From positions 1 through 63,973 of the IMG/VR virus record IMGVR_UViG_3300032305_000764: a stretch of 63,973 nucleotides of DNA. The stretch is one strand, 5' to 3'. Positions 37,829 through 47,107 of the stretch are shown here, in pieces. The translations under genes and the position numbers were made by a program. How positions within the stretch are numbered: the first letter of the stretch is position 1; each line of letters opens with the position of its first letter. This stretch comes from a virus (taxonomy: Duplodnaviria; Caudoviricetes). The notes beneath the pieces were generated by a model. That model was not told the origin of the DNA and made no database searches. It worked only from the letters and a program-made list of their open reading frames with translations.

Positions 37829-40800
37829 TACGGTTGTCTCACGCCAACTATCTTCATTTGAGGAGCGGCGGTTTTCTCTGGGGCAGACTCTTGACCGCCG
37901 CCAAGTTCAGCTATTCTACGACGTTTTTCCTCTTGTCTTCGTTTAAACAAATCACTGTCTGGGGGCAGGAATGCATCAATTGCGTATTCTTTTTCAATCT
38001 TTTGCAGTTGTTCCATGCGTTTTGTATTAGCCGCGCCCTCAGATCTAAACGAATACCCAGAAATTTTAGAAGCTTCTTGAAGAGCCGTTTTCCTGTCTAA
38101 AGATGGGTCTGCACGCATCAAATCATCTGCGATCTTTTGTAGAGATGTAGTCCCAGCCTGTGAATAGTAAGATGCCATCTGAGCCAGCTTCCTGCGCTCA
38201 AGCTCAATCATCTGCTGATCTTTCTTGTCTTGACGCATCACATTGGCGTATTCCAAAGCTGACTTCATGTCATTGCGTTTGACTGCCATATTGAACTGGG
38301 CATCGTCCCTCTTAAGTTTCGCCATGTTTTCAAGGGAGGCCATTTCAAGTTTCTTACCCTGCTCCAACACATCCGCAACCACGGGAGATGCTTTACCTGC
38401 GCTGCCAAATAAAGTGGCTCCGGGCGCGGATGCATTAGCAGCCATTTGGAATCCGAACCTTGTCAGAGCTTCCATTCCAACCTGTTTTTTACGCTCTTCC
38501 ATTAGGCGCTTTTGTTCTTCGCGCTCAGCTTTTTGTTCAGCCCGATAGGCATCCAAATCTTCTTTGTTTGTCTTTAAGAATTTTTCATAGATATCAGCAA
38601 TACCATCTTGCTTGGGAGCTTCAACGGGTGGTTGGGATGTAGATACCCTTGTTGAAGTGGCTTTTAGCTGAGGTTTTTGCTGTGGCTTTTCTGCTTCGGC
38701 CATTTTCTTAGCCGCTTCTTCTAAAAGCTTTTGATCATTTTGCGCTTTTTTGGTTGGCTCCGAAACTGGCATATCAACTGCGTATTTAGATGGAATAAGC
38801 GTTTCCAATAAATCGGATTCTTTGTATTTTTTAAACTCTTCTCCGGCAATTCGTGGAGGACGGCGAACGCCAAAATATGGTTTTTTTGCGGCCTCAATTT
38901 CTTCTGCGGTTGGAACCCCCCCACCATCGTCAAACGCAATGATGCCGCCTTTAGCCATCATCTGTTGTTGTTCTTCTGGGAGTTGGTTAAACGCGCCAGC
39001 CATACCGCCGCGCTCGGAAGCGCGCATTGCCCTTTCCGCTTGGATGATTTGTAATTGGGCTACATCTCCACGGGCTTGAGCAGCCTTCTCGGCTTGGTTT
39101 AGTTGTTCATCACTAAGCTTGCTGACAATCGAGCTTATGTTGGATTCAGACTCCACACTGCCGCCGTCAGCATAAGACTTGGTTAGACCGCCTTCTGCTT
39201 TTAGAAGCTGGCTTAACCCGTATGCACCTGTCCCGAGACCTGCTAACTGCCCCGCAATACTTGGAGGGGCTTGATAGATAGCGGATGTAGACTGTTGACC
39301 CAACGGCATACCGCGAATCATGTCGGACATGAATCCAAGTTGTTTGTATGGGTAGTTCTGTTGGTTCAGGAAATTCTGATAAGCCATCTCATTGGCTTGT
39401 TGCTGGAGAGCCTGTTGTTGCGCTCCGTACTGAGACTGCAACTGATTAATGCCCATCTGCTGGCCGTACTGAGTCTGACCGAGTTGCCCCAACTGACCCG
39501 CAGCTTGCAGACCTGTTTGAAGACCTTGCATACCAAGACCCGCACCATATTGACGAGATTGTTCGCCAAGTTGTTGAGCGGACTGACCGTATTGAGCACC
39601 AAGACTTGCAGCTTGTAATCCTTGACCAGCGCCAAACTGACGAGATTGTTCCCCTGCTGTTTGAGCTTGTTGGAATGCCTGTTGGTTTGCCAACTGCGCT
39701 TGGAGGTTTTGTCCTGCGCCCAATTGCTGTACGCCGAGTGCAGCCTGTAGATTCTGCCCGCCGACCTGTAAGCCAGCCTGCTGGTTAGCCAGCGCAGCTT
39801 GCATTGCCTGTTGGGCATTCATGCCCTGAGTCTGAAGCTGAGCAGCTTGATTCTGTACGTTCGCTTGTTGGGCGGAACTGAGATTTGCCAAACTTGTTTG
39901 CAAACCTGTTTGTGTACCCAACTGCTGAACCCCAAGAGCAGCTTGTAAGTTCTGACCGCCAATTTGAAGGCCAGCCTGTTGATTTGCCAGTTGAGCTTGC
40001 AACCTAGCTTGTTGCTCAGCATTAAATTGACCCTGAGCTTGCTGGTATGCCGACTGCAATCCCGCAGCTTGAATATCACCTTTTTGGGTTGCTAAGTTAC
40101 GAGCAGCCTCTGCATTCTCAATAGCTTGTCTAGAACCACCAAATGCACCAGCTTGTGTCGCCCGTGCAGCCCTTTGAGTACCCGCAATGTCTGCGCTACG
40201 CTGGGCTTCACGTTGCTGAGCCTCTACCACGTTCTGCATGTACGGAGACATGTACGCGCTTGCGGAGTATGGATTGGCAAAAGATTGTGTCCTGACCCGC
40301 TCGGCGGGCCCCATTTGGAATGTCTGTAAATCTGGACGATACGCAGTCTGAGCAGCATCCATTAGAGGCGTTCCAACCTGCTGAGCCGATATTCTCTCGG
40401 CGGGCCCCATTTGATAGGACTGCAAATTAGGAGCTTGAGCGCTCAACATGCCAAACTGACTTGGCTGATAAGCTTGCGGAGCTTGGAATTGATTGGTAAA
40501 TTGACCCGGTTGATATTCCGTGTTTAAAGCACCCAAACCAGCCAACGACGCAATACCAGTTCCTGTGCCCAATTGAGCAGAGGGCTGCATGTTTTGGGCT
40601 TGCTGTTGAGCCTGTTGCTGCATGGGTGTAAACCCAGCGATACGCTGCGCACCGTAAGTTTGATACGGATTTGCATTTATGTCGGTTAACGCCGCACCTT
40701 TGGCAAGAGTTTCCTTGGCATACGGACGCGCCCACTCGGGCAGTTCTGCCGTTTGGGTTTGGGAAGTTGTAGCTGGGGCGGGCGACGGGGATGGTGGATC

Positions 40801-40902
40801 GCCGCCTTGAGGCTTGATCCTGCGATCACCATAGTGTTTAAACGCTTCTGGTGGAAGGTCTGGTATATCCAGAAGTGCTCGTGTGCGGTTATTAAATCTC
40901 AT
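37828..40902 (-). CDS. Q/A/G-rich ejection (DNA pilot-like) protein
   Basis: 1024 aa; GAFGGSRQA motif, long Q-rich helical repeats, four xxxGG tags. Confidence 0.7.
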   Translation of the reverse strand: MRFNNRTRALLDIPDLPPEAFKHYGDRRIKPQGGDPPSPSPAPATTSQTQTAELPEWARPYAKETLAKGAALTDINANPYQTYGAQRIAGFTPMQQQAQQQAQNMQPSAQLGTGTGIASLAGLGALNTEYQPGQFTNQFQAPQAYQPSQFGMLSAQAPNLQSYQMGPAERISAQQVGTPLMDAAQTAYRPDLQTFQMGPAERVRTQSFANPYSASAYMSPYMQNVVEAQQREAQRSADIAGTQRAARATQAGAFGGSRQAIENAEAARNLATQKGDIQAAGLQSAYQQAQGQFNAEQQARLQAQLANQQAGLQIGGQNLQAALGVQQLGTQTGLQTSLANLSSAQQANVQNQAAQLQTQGMNAQQAMQAALANQQAGLQVGGQNLQAALGVQQLGAGQNLQAQLANQQAFQQAQTAGEQSRQFGAGQGLQAASLGAQYGQSAQQLGEQSRQYGAGLGMQGLQTGLQAAGQLGQLGQTQYGQQMGINQLQSQYGAQQQALQQQANEMAYQNFLNQQNYPYKQLGFMSDMIRGMPLGQQSTSAIYQAPPSIAGQLAGLGTGAYGLSQLLKAEGGLTKSYADGGSVESESNISSIVSKLSDEQLNQAEKAAQARGDVAQLQIIQAERAMRASERGGMAGAFNQLPEEQQQMMAKGGIIAFDDGGGVPTAEEIEAAKKPYFGVRRPPRIAGEEFKKYKESDLLETLIPSKYAVDMPVSEPTKKAQNDQKLLEEAAKKMAEAEKPQQKPQLKATSTRVSTSQPPVEAPKQDGIADIYEKFLKTNKEDLDAYRAEQKAEREEQKRLMEERKKQVGMEALTRFGFQMAANASAPGATLFGSAGKASPVVADVLEQGKKLEMASLENMAKLKRDDAQFNMAVKRNDMKSALEYANVMRQDKKDQQMIELERRKLAQMASYYSQAGTTSLQKIADDLMRADPSLDRKTALQEASKISGYSFRSEGAANTKRMEQLQKIEKEYAIDAFLPPDSDLFKRRQEEKRRRIAELGGGQESAPEKTAAPQMKIVGVRQP

Positions 40903-41303
40903 AGTTTTACCCCAACAATCCGGAATTTTTCTTCAAACCCATATCTGTGCCATAGCCTTGCTATGGCTTCTCTAGCTGAACCCTCTATTACAGTGGCCCC
41001 CATAGACGTAGCGTAATTCTTTAGCTGTTGAAACGTATCACGATTGCTAATTAATCTGCCGCCGATAGTCGTAATGAAAGCAACCCGATCATTCGGGCGG
41101 TTATAAAAATTAACAGTGGCTGCGCCTTGTATACCGTTTTCATCAACAGCAACCAACAAAACCCACTGCCCCTGCATGACCAAAGACTTAACTTGGTCTA
41201 CGGTATAGTCTCCCTGTGCGTGTTCTAGTGCGGATGCTATGTACTTCTCGACCGACGGCCAAGTTCTGTTCACCCACTCCAGCGACACGTACTGTATGTT
41301 CAT
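40899..41303 (-). CDS. GNAT-fold-like protein
   Basis: 134 aa; ...IEGSAREAIARLWHRYGFEE resembles the GNAT C-terminal motif. Confidence 0.5.
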   Translation of the reverse strand: MNIQYVSLEWVNRTWPSVEKYIASALEHAQGDYTVDQVKSLVMQGQWVLLVAVDENGIQGAATVNFYNRPNDRVAFITTIGGRLISNRDTFQQLKNYATSMGATVIEGSAREAIARLWHRYGFEEKFRIVGVKL

Positions 41304-42544
41304 GCTGGCAAATGTTTGTCGGCCTTAGAGTTCTTAGCCACCTTGCCTTTTCCAACGGTAGAGGCACGAGCGCCCTGAACTCTATCCATCATTGCATAAA
41401 GCTTACGAGCGCCAGCTTCTGTAGAGCCGTTGCCCAACTCCGAAACAATACGAGCGGGCACCACAAACTCACCGTCGGCTAAACGAGCGGGTTGTTTTTC
41501 CCCTATGGTTGCGGGGATGGAATCAGACACTCCATCACCGGGGCCGCGCAAAAGACGACCGCCGTCAGAATAACCACCTAAATTGTAATGGGCGTCGGAA
41601 ATGCCACCATCTGCCATACGCATAACAGACTCACCTGCGGGCCAACCAACTGCTCCGCCGTCCGCCATCATTCTGCCAGCATCGTTTAAACCAAAAGGAT
41701 TTGGCATTGCAGTTGTTGTTGGTGTTGTTGTCTTTGGTCTATATCCGCCCGAATAATAAGCATTTTCTCTGCCCTGAATGTTTGGTTCTGGGGTTGGTAA
41801 TGCAGCGCCGGGGTAGTAGGTATATTGTTGTCCGGGGTCTCTATCCACTTGGGGCACGGGGACGGTTCTATCTTCACTCTGCATAACCAAGGGTGCCGCC
41901 ACTTGTGCGCCAGTCATTGCGGCTTTCATCGGGCCTCCAAGATTACCTACAAGCCCAGTCATTCCGCCTTCTTGACCCAAAGATGCAATTCCTTTGCCCA
42001 TAGTTCCGGCGTTAGCCATAAGGTCACCACCGCGAAACGCAGTTTGGGCGGCGGATGTTTTTGCGGCTGCCTCCGCAGCGGCTTGCTGTGCCGCCGCAAC
42101 TTGTGCTGATGTTGATTCTGCGGTTAAAGCTCCAACTTGTTTTGCGGCCTCGGGAACCCCCGCCGCAGCCATCATGCCTTGTTGGGCCAAAGCTTGACCA
42201 AGACCCGCTCCACTGTATGCGCTAAGTCCAGCCATCAATCCCTGACCTAAACTTTGTCTAGGGTTAAGCAACATACTTCCGCCGCCAACCAACAAACCCG
42301 CCGTCATTGGATTAATAGCGCCGCCACTTACACCCATCAAGGCAGCTCCTGCCACCATAGGCAAAATAGACGACAAAAACCCAGCTTCAGGCAAACCTGT
42401 GCTAGGATTGACAGTCAGAGAACCTCCGTGAGCTTTGGCAATATCCTGTAAGCTCTTAACTTCTCCATGAGACATATGGACAAGCGTTGTATCGGGGCCA
42501 CGACCTTTCGATGCTAAATGTTCCGCTGCAATTTGTAGGCTCAT
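41300..42544 (-). CDS. Ejection protein with C-terminal GG..GPGDGVSDSIPA...GEFV domain
   Basis: N-terminal GRGPDTTLVHM...NPSTGLPEA; G/A-rich hydrophobic middle; tape-measure-type C-terminal module. Confidence 0.7.
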   Translation of the reverse strand: MSLQIAAEHLASKGRGPDTTLVHMSHGEVKSLQDIAKAHGGSLTVNPSTGLPEAGFLSSILPMVAGAALMGVSGGAINPMTAGLLVGGGSMLLNPRQSLGQGLMAGLSAYSGAGLGQALAQQGMMAAAGVPEAAKQVGALTAESTSAQVAAAQQAAAEAAAKTSAAQTAFRGGDLMANAGTMGKGIASLGQEGGMTGLVGNLGGPMKAAMTGAQVAAPLVMQSEDRTVPVPQVDRDPGQQYTYYPGAALPTPEPNIQGRENAYYSGGYRPKTTTPTTTAMPNPFGLNDAGRMMADGGAVGWPAGESVMRMADGGISDAHYNLGGYSDGGRLLRGPGDGVSDSIPATIGEKQPARLADGEFVVPARIVSELGNGSTEAGARKLYAMMDRVQGARASTVGKGKVAKNSKADKHLPA

Positions 42545-42593
42545 AATTGCCTCTTGAAATATGGGTTGATATATGTTATCACGTTAAGGCCAA

Positions 42594-42941
42594 TTAACCA
42601 ACTTTCCAGTTGGTTCCGTCCGAATACACGGGCACGTTTACAGCACCGCCGCCGACCACAGTTGAGCCGAAAGTTGGCAACAAAGCATCAGTTACAAAAG
42701 CTAGAGTTCCTGCGCCCGAAGTTACTGCGTTGGGGAGAGTGCTTACCGTGTAAACATTGAGCTTTATGTTGGACGCTGCTTGTAGCTGGCGGATGGTGTT
42801 GTCAAGCTGATTGAAATACAAACGCAGAATACTGTTTAAACCATCTATGTACCGCTGTTCGTACTCTGTGGGGGCGTTCGGTAACCGTGGAGCAACAATG
42901 GGGTTTATGGGGTTTGCTGATGTGATTACATACGTCATCAA
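42594..42941 (-). CDS. Small tail protein (needle/plug-like)
   Basis: Short coiled coil plus small beta domain (YTVSTLP...VYSDGTNW); follows the tail nozzle gene. Confidence 0.5.
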   Translation of the reverse strand: MMTYVITSANPINPIVAPRLPNAPTEYEQRYIDGLNSILRLYFNQLDNTIRQLQAASNIKLNVYTVSTLPNAVTSGAGTLAFVTDALLPTFGSTVVGGGAVNVPVYSDGTNWKVG

Positions 42942-45031
42942 CGTCTCCCGTCTGGTCGAATATCTATCCTAGGTGCGCCCAACTGCCAAGTCGTACCTAT
43001 CTGATCAGACTCCACTTTAAAGGACATCTGTCTGCCCCGCACTCGGGTGTTGATCTGACCCGTAAACTGCTCAATGGTGTAAGTACCCACTCTAGCCACG
43101 GTGCCGCTATCTACACCGCCCACGGAAGGAGGCACGTTGTATCCCGAACCGGAGTTTTGTAACGGCAGTAGCGTCATGGTGACCTGCGGCGTACCAGAGT
43201 CTGAACCCCTGAATGTGATGTCAGGCAGCATCCTCCACACAAAACCAAAGTTGTGCCCGTCGCCAATATCAAACTCGGACGATGTGATGTAGGCGTTAAT
43301 AGGCAAGGCAGTACCGGTTTCGTTGTCGTCCACGCCGGATTCTTGATTAACCAAGTTGTACGTGTAGGTGGCTGCAATCGGGAACTGACGCAAGCCGGAA
43401 TCCAACCAAGCCGTTCTAGCCATCGTGCCGTAATACCAAGCATCCTCTAGATAGTTGTACACCACGTACTTGTCCACGGTTGTGGAGTTGGCTGAACAAT
43501 AGAACCACCAGACCTCGTTAAAACCTTCGTTGGTGCTGGCAAAAATCTGCTCTGCTTGAGACGTGTTGATGTCTTGGAAAATGTACTGCCTCAGATCGCA
43601 GCGCAAGGTATTGGTGCGTCCATCATATTTGTAGAACTTGTCGATACCCATCCAGTACACCACGCCCGAAGCAATAGCGGAGGCATTAGGCCCTGCAATA
43701 GACACGTTGTCCGCCAAAAGCTGATGACCCCACACAAAAGGAGGGCCTAGATACTGAAGGGAGTACATGGACGAATCCGTCCATATCAAAATCTCCTGAC
43801 GACTCTGCATTGCGGTAACAATTTCGGAGCCGTGAGAAAGCCGGATACTACCTGCCTGATTGGTGATTGCGGGTGTCCAATTGGTTACAGATTCTTGGTC
43901 TGACCAGCGCACCAGCATGGGGTCAAATGCGGTGGATAAATAGTCGTTTGTGCCAAAACAAATCGTGAATCTGCTGGCGTCTGAGACCAAGAAAAAGTTT
44001 TGCGTTAAAGGCACATCCGATGCCCCGGTCAAGGACGATACTAGGACGCCTCTTGGAGAAATGCTGTGTGTCGGAGTCTGCGTTCCGGTGGTGTTGATCA
44101 ACGCCCCAGATGGCGTTGCGGACAAGTTAAAAACCGTGCCGACTACGTTACGAGCGTAGTATGTAGTACCCACAACCAAGCCCGTCGGCAAAGAACCTGT
44201 TGTAGTCAGTGTAAACGCATCGCCCTCAGACAAAGAGATTGTAGATGTGACGACCGCCGGGGATGCGATGGTGATTGTAAATGTTGCACCTGTAAGACCC
44301 ACACTGGCATTCCAGTAATAGAGAGGGCCTCCACGGGGGCCGTAAATCAGGTCTTCACCAAAGTTGTTTTGGTTCCATATCCGCAAAGGATCGGTAGAAG
44401 TAGAGCCGATACCCCAAGCACCTGCGCCCCAAGCACCTGCGCCCCATCCAGTTAACGGTTGTGCAGTCGCGGGGCCGGTGTTGACTTGATAAACCGCATA
44501 GACTGTGCCGCCACCCGTGGCGTTGGAAGATGCAGTTCCTAGAACTTGGATGGTGTAAGTTGTACCGCTTGTGTATGCTATTTGATACTCGCCATTTACC
44601 GTTACGCCACCAACAGCGGTGGCCCCATAAAAGGTTACATACGCTCCGTTCCTATACCCTAGCGCTGCGTCCGTTACTGTAACGGTTGTATATCCGCCCG
44701 AATTGGTTGCGGTATTGGTTGTAAATGGGTTGGTTAATGTAACCTCTGCGCGTATGGGCGTGATGTCGTAGTAGACCCCGCCGTTTTCAATGTAGAACTT
44801 CTGATCAGTGCCGACGCCGACAAGATTCTGAAACCCCAGTGTGACCCAAGCCCACAAAGACCGGCACACCCCAATAAAGGTCGAGGAAGATATACGCTGC
44901 CAGCCGCCTACTTTCTCAGGCGTGCCTTGTCTAAACCGGATTTTGTCGCAGTCGTACCAACCCCCCTCAGTGGTGTACCGAGTATTCTCCCGGTTAACTC
45001 CGGGTTTAAACAGTATTTTTTGTAGAGGCAC
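42938..45031 (-). CDS. Tail nozzle/stabilisation protein (P22 gp10/T7 gp12-like)
   Basis: 697 aa, beta-propeller-like (VRWSDQE..NW, FYKYDG, NEVWWFY); position in the tail block. Confidence 0.7.
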   Translation of the reverse strand: MPLQKILFKPGVNRENTRYTTEGGWYDCDKIRFRQGTPEKVGGWQRISSSTFIGVCRSLWAWVTLGFQNLVGVGTDQKFYIENGGVYYDITPIRAEVTLTNPFTTNTATNSGGYTTVTVTDAALGYRNGAYVTFYGATAVGGVTVNGEYQIAYTSGTTYTIQVLGTASSNATGGGTVYAVYQVNTGPATAQPLTGWGAGAWGAGAWGIGSTSTDPLRIWNQNNFGEDLIYGPRGGPLYYWNASVGLTGATFTITIASPAVVTSTISLSEGDAFTLTTTGSLPTGLVVGTTYYARNVVGTVFNLSATPSGALINTTGTQTPTHSISPRGVLVSSLTGASDVPLTQNFFLVSDASRFTICFGTNDYLSTAFDPMLVRWSDQESVTNWTPAITNQAGSIRLSHGSEIVTAMQSRQEILIWTDSSMYSLQYLGPPFVWGHQLLADNVSIAGPNASAIASGVVYWMGIDKFYKYDGRTNTLRCDLRQYIFQDINTSQAEQIFASTNEGFNEVWWFYCSANSTTVDKYVVYNYLEDAWYYGTMARTAWLDSGLRQFPIAATYTYNLVNQESGVDDNETGTALPINAYITSSEFDIGDGHNFGFVWRMLPDITFRGSDSGTPQVTMTLLPLQNSGSGYNVPPSVGGVDSGTVARVGTYTIEQFTGQINTRVRGRQMSFKVESDQIGTTWQLGAPRIDIRPDGRR

Positions 45032-45034
45032 AAT

Positions 45035-45478
45035 TCATCCTAGCAACGTCACCTCGGCTTGGCGTCTTTTTAGCAATCCGGGCAATACCTTACCACCGCC
45101 TTTTGTCCAAAGCATCAGTTGTTCTTTGGCTCCATCCCAGTCTTGGGCGTTAATTTTGCGCTTTAACGTGCTGGTTTGCAACCTGCCCACACCCAAATTG
45201 TAACAAAAATCCACTATAGCATTGCATTTGCGCTCGTTCGTGGCTAGGACGGGGCAGTTTCTTAAAGCGCCGGGCAGGTACGTGTGCTGTAGTTCGTACA
45301 TTAATAGATCATTAGCGGCTTTTTGGCTTATTAATGCGTCATTCAATGTGACTTTCTTACCATCAGCGTAGTAAGTCGATCCATACCCAATGGTGGGAAT
45401 TCCAGCAGGGCAAAGATAGGGCTTTGCCCTGAAGCCCTCAAACCGCTTACAAAGCTCTGCGGCAATCTCTAGGTTCAT
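45035..45478 (-). CDS. Endolysin, GH24 phage lysozyme
   Basis: FEGFRAKPYLCPAGIPTIGYGST...YNLG...LPGLLKRRQAE. Confidence 0.92.
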   Translation of the reverse strand: MNLEIAAELCKRFEGFRAKPYLCPAGIPTIGYGSTYYADGKKVTLNDALISQKAANDLLMYELQHTYLPGALRNCPVLATNERKCNAIVDFCYNLGVGRLQTSTLKRKINAQDWDGAKEQLMLWTKGGGKVLPGLLKRRQAEVTLLG

Positions 45479-45972
45479 TACAAACCTCGTTTAGCCAATG
45501 TGCGGTCAAGTATCCAGTAGTTAACTACACCAGAGAGCAAAGCCATGTCATCCACAGACCATGCATTCTTCAGCAATTCAGGGACGGGTTGTCCACTAGC
45601 ATACCCAATGGCGATTGTGGCGGTCTTAAACACGCCGTATAGCAACAGGAGGTAGTAGGTCATTACAGGGCGCACAGAAGCGGATAGAGAGGCTACCCAG
45701 CCCCCTGCTGATTTGACCATTTCGGTTTGTTGGTTGATGGCGGCATTGAAAGCATCCATCACACCTGAATCTACGGTGGCTTCTCTTTGTGCGCCAATCT
45801 CGGCTAACTTTTGTGAGCCTCTGACCTTTTCTAGTTCGCATTGTTTGTCGAACATAGCCAATTCATGTTCGCGCTCGTTCTTCTTGTCCAAAAACTTAAA
45901 TGTTTCGGGCACTAAACGAAAAATGCCCCCGAGAAGGGAGCCGACAATACCGCCACCGAGAAAATCAAACAT
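45478..45972 (-). CDS. Holin-like membrane protein
   Basis: N-terminal amphipathic segment, SVRPVMTY plus TM helix, YWILDR; adjacent to the lysozyme. Confidence 0.55.
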   Translation of the reverse strand: MFDFLGGGIVGSLLGGIFRLVPETFKFLDKKNEREHELAMFDKQCELEKVRGSQKLAEIGAQREATVDSGVMDAFNAAINQQTEMVKSAGGWVASLSASVRPVMTYYLLLLYGVFKTATIAIGYASGQPVPELLKNAWSVDDMALLSGVVNYWILDRTLAKRGL

Positions 45973-45975
45973 ACG

Positions 45976-46125
45976 TCACCCTTTCTTGTTATACAGCTCA
46001 AACAAGACTTTTACCTTTTCCTCAAGGACTGCGACTCGGTTATCAAGCTTTGCAAGGACAATCACAAGGCTAACAAAGGCTAGTAAGAGAGGCCAAACTT
46101 TAGCTAGGATGTCGATGGTGTCCAT
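45976..46125 (-). CDS. Small TM plus coiled-coil protein (49 aa)
   Basis: Translated by hand: MDTIDILAKVWPLLLAFVSLVIVLAKLDNRVAVLEEKVK... Confidence 0.6.
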   Translation of the reverse strand: MDTIDILAKVWPLLLAFVSLVIVLAKLDNRVAVLEEKVKVLFELYNKKG

Positions 46126-46358
46126 TACTTATCCTGCTTCAGTTCTAGCTTGTCCATGATCTTATTGAACATTTCCTTGATATCGCGCATGTCTTCTCTG
46201 TAGTCATCGCGTTGTACGTAGACTTTAGGAATCTCTTCACGCAGCTTGGCAAGGTCAGACTTTAAGTCTTTCACAGCCGCCCAAAGCTCACGAGCAAACC
46301 ATCCGCAAACTGCCATGCAGAATCCGAGACCAATGTTAATGAGTAGTTGGGCGTCCAT
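46125..46358 (-). CDS. Small TM plus coiled-coil protein
   Basis: 77 aa with N-terminal TM helix. Confidence 0.65.
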   Translation of the reverse strand: MDAQLLINIGLGFCMAVCGWFARELWAAVKDLKSDLAKLREEIPKVYVQRDDYREDMRDIKEMFNKIMDKLELKQDK

Positions 46359-46362
46359 GTTT

Positions 46363-46596
46363 TTACCAAGTTACGGGTTGATTTGTAATCTTACGCAGAC
46401 CAAGGTTGATTGCTGTAAGCGCTAGAGCTTGCAGTTCAGCACCGATCACAAAGCCGTAGCGCATTTGAAGACCGAGCGCGGCGGCGCAGACTACGTTCAC
46501 CCAAAAGGTCTTAGAAAGATAGAACTTCTTTCCAGTCACTTGGCTTACTAATGCGTCTGATGCCGCTGCGGCGATGGCTGAATTTACATCGCTCAT
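46363..46596 (-). CDS. Small two-TM holin-like protein
   Basis: KKFYLSKTFWVN...INLGLRKITNQPV. Confidence 0.55.
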   Translation of the reverse strand: MSDVNSAIAAAASDALVSQVTGKKFYLSKTFWVNVVCAAALGLQMRYGFVIGAELQALALTAINLGLRKITNQPVTW

Positions 46597-46823
46597 TCTT
46601 TTACCTCTGCTTCGGCAGGTTGCTCTTTTAATGCTTCTTTCAGCATAGTCAAGAAGGCATCCTTACCGACGTTCAATTGTTGCAGTTGGAATTGAGTCGA
46701 GCCGATCTTACGATCCAAGTCCACCACATGATGAAACAGTACGGTCTGTTGCTCCGTAAAGTCAGCGGCGTCGTACTCAACTCCATCTATCGTAACAATC
46801 TGAGGGCTATTAGGTTTGCTCAT
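46593..46823 (-). CDS. Hypothetical fibre-associated protein
   Basis: VTIDGVEYD followed by a coiled coil. Confidence 0.65.
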   Translation of the reverse strand: MSKPNSPQIVTIDGVEYDAADFTEQQTVLFHHVVDLDRKIGSTQFQLQQLNVGKDAFLTMLKEALKEQPAEAEVKE

Positions 46824-46870
46824 TTTGTTTTCCTTTCAATGTGCCGCCAAGGTCGGGTGGCGACTTCCCG

Positions 46871-47092
46871 TTATTTAGCTGCGTCTTGCAGAGGCTTGAG
46901 GTTTTCTGTTGTCCAGAAGTCTTTTGCCAACATCAAAATGAGGTGCTCTTTATTACGCTCCAAGCAGTCTGCCCAGTCAGCATCTTCCATTCCTTCGGGT
47001 TGACCTGCGTTGATCAGGTTTACGGAATCCATGCATGCCGAGAGATGGCGAGCAATTTCTTCTGCGGTGATTTGTTCAATGATTTCAGACAT
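46871..47092 (-). CDS. Hypothetical fibre-associated protein
   Basis: 73 aa acidic protein directly after the fibre gene. Confidence 0.65.
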   Translation of the reverse strand: MSEIIEQITAEEIARHLSACMDSVNLINAGQPEGMEDADWADCLERNKEHLILMLAKDFWTTENLKPLQDAAK

Positions 47093-47107
47093 GATATTTC
47101 CTTTAGG

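Noticed and set aside
46824-46873. Programmed frameshift fusing 46871-47092 to 46593-46823
   Set aside because: The downstream frame has a TGA within the spacer and there is no canonical slippery heptamer
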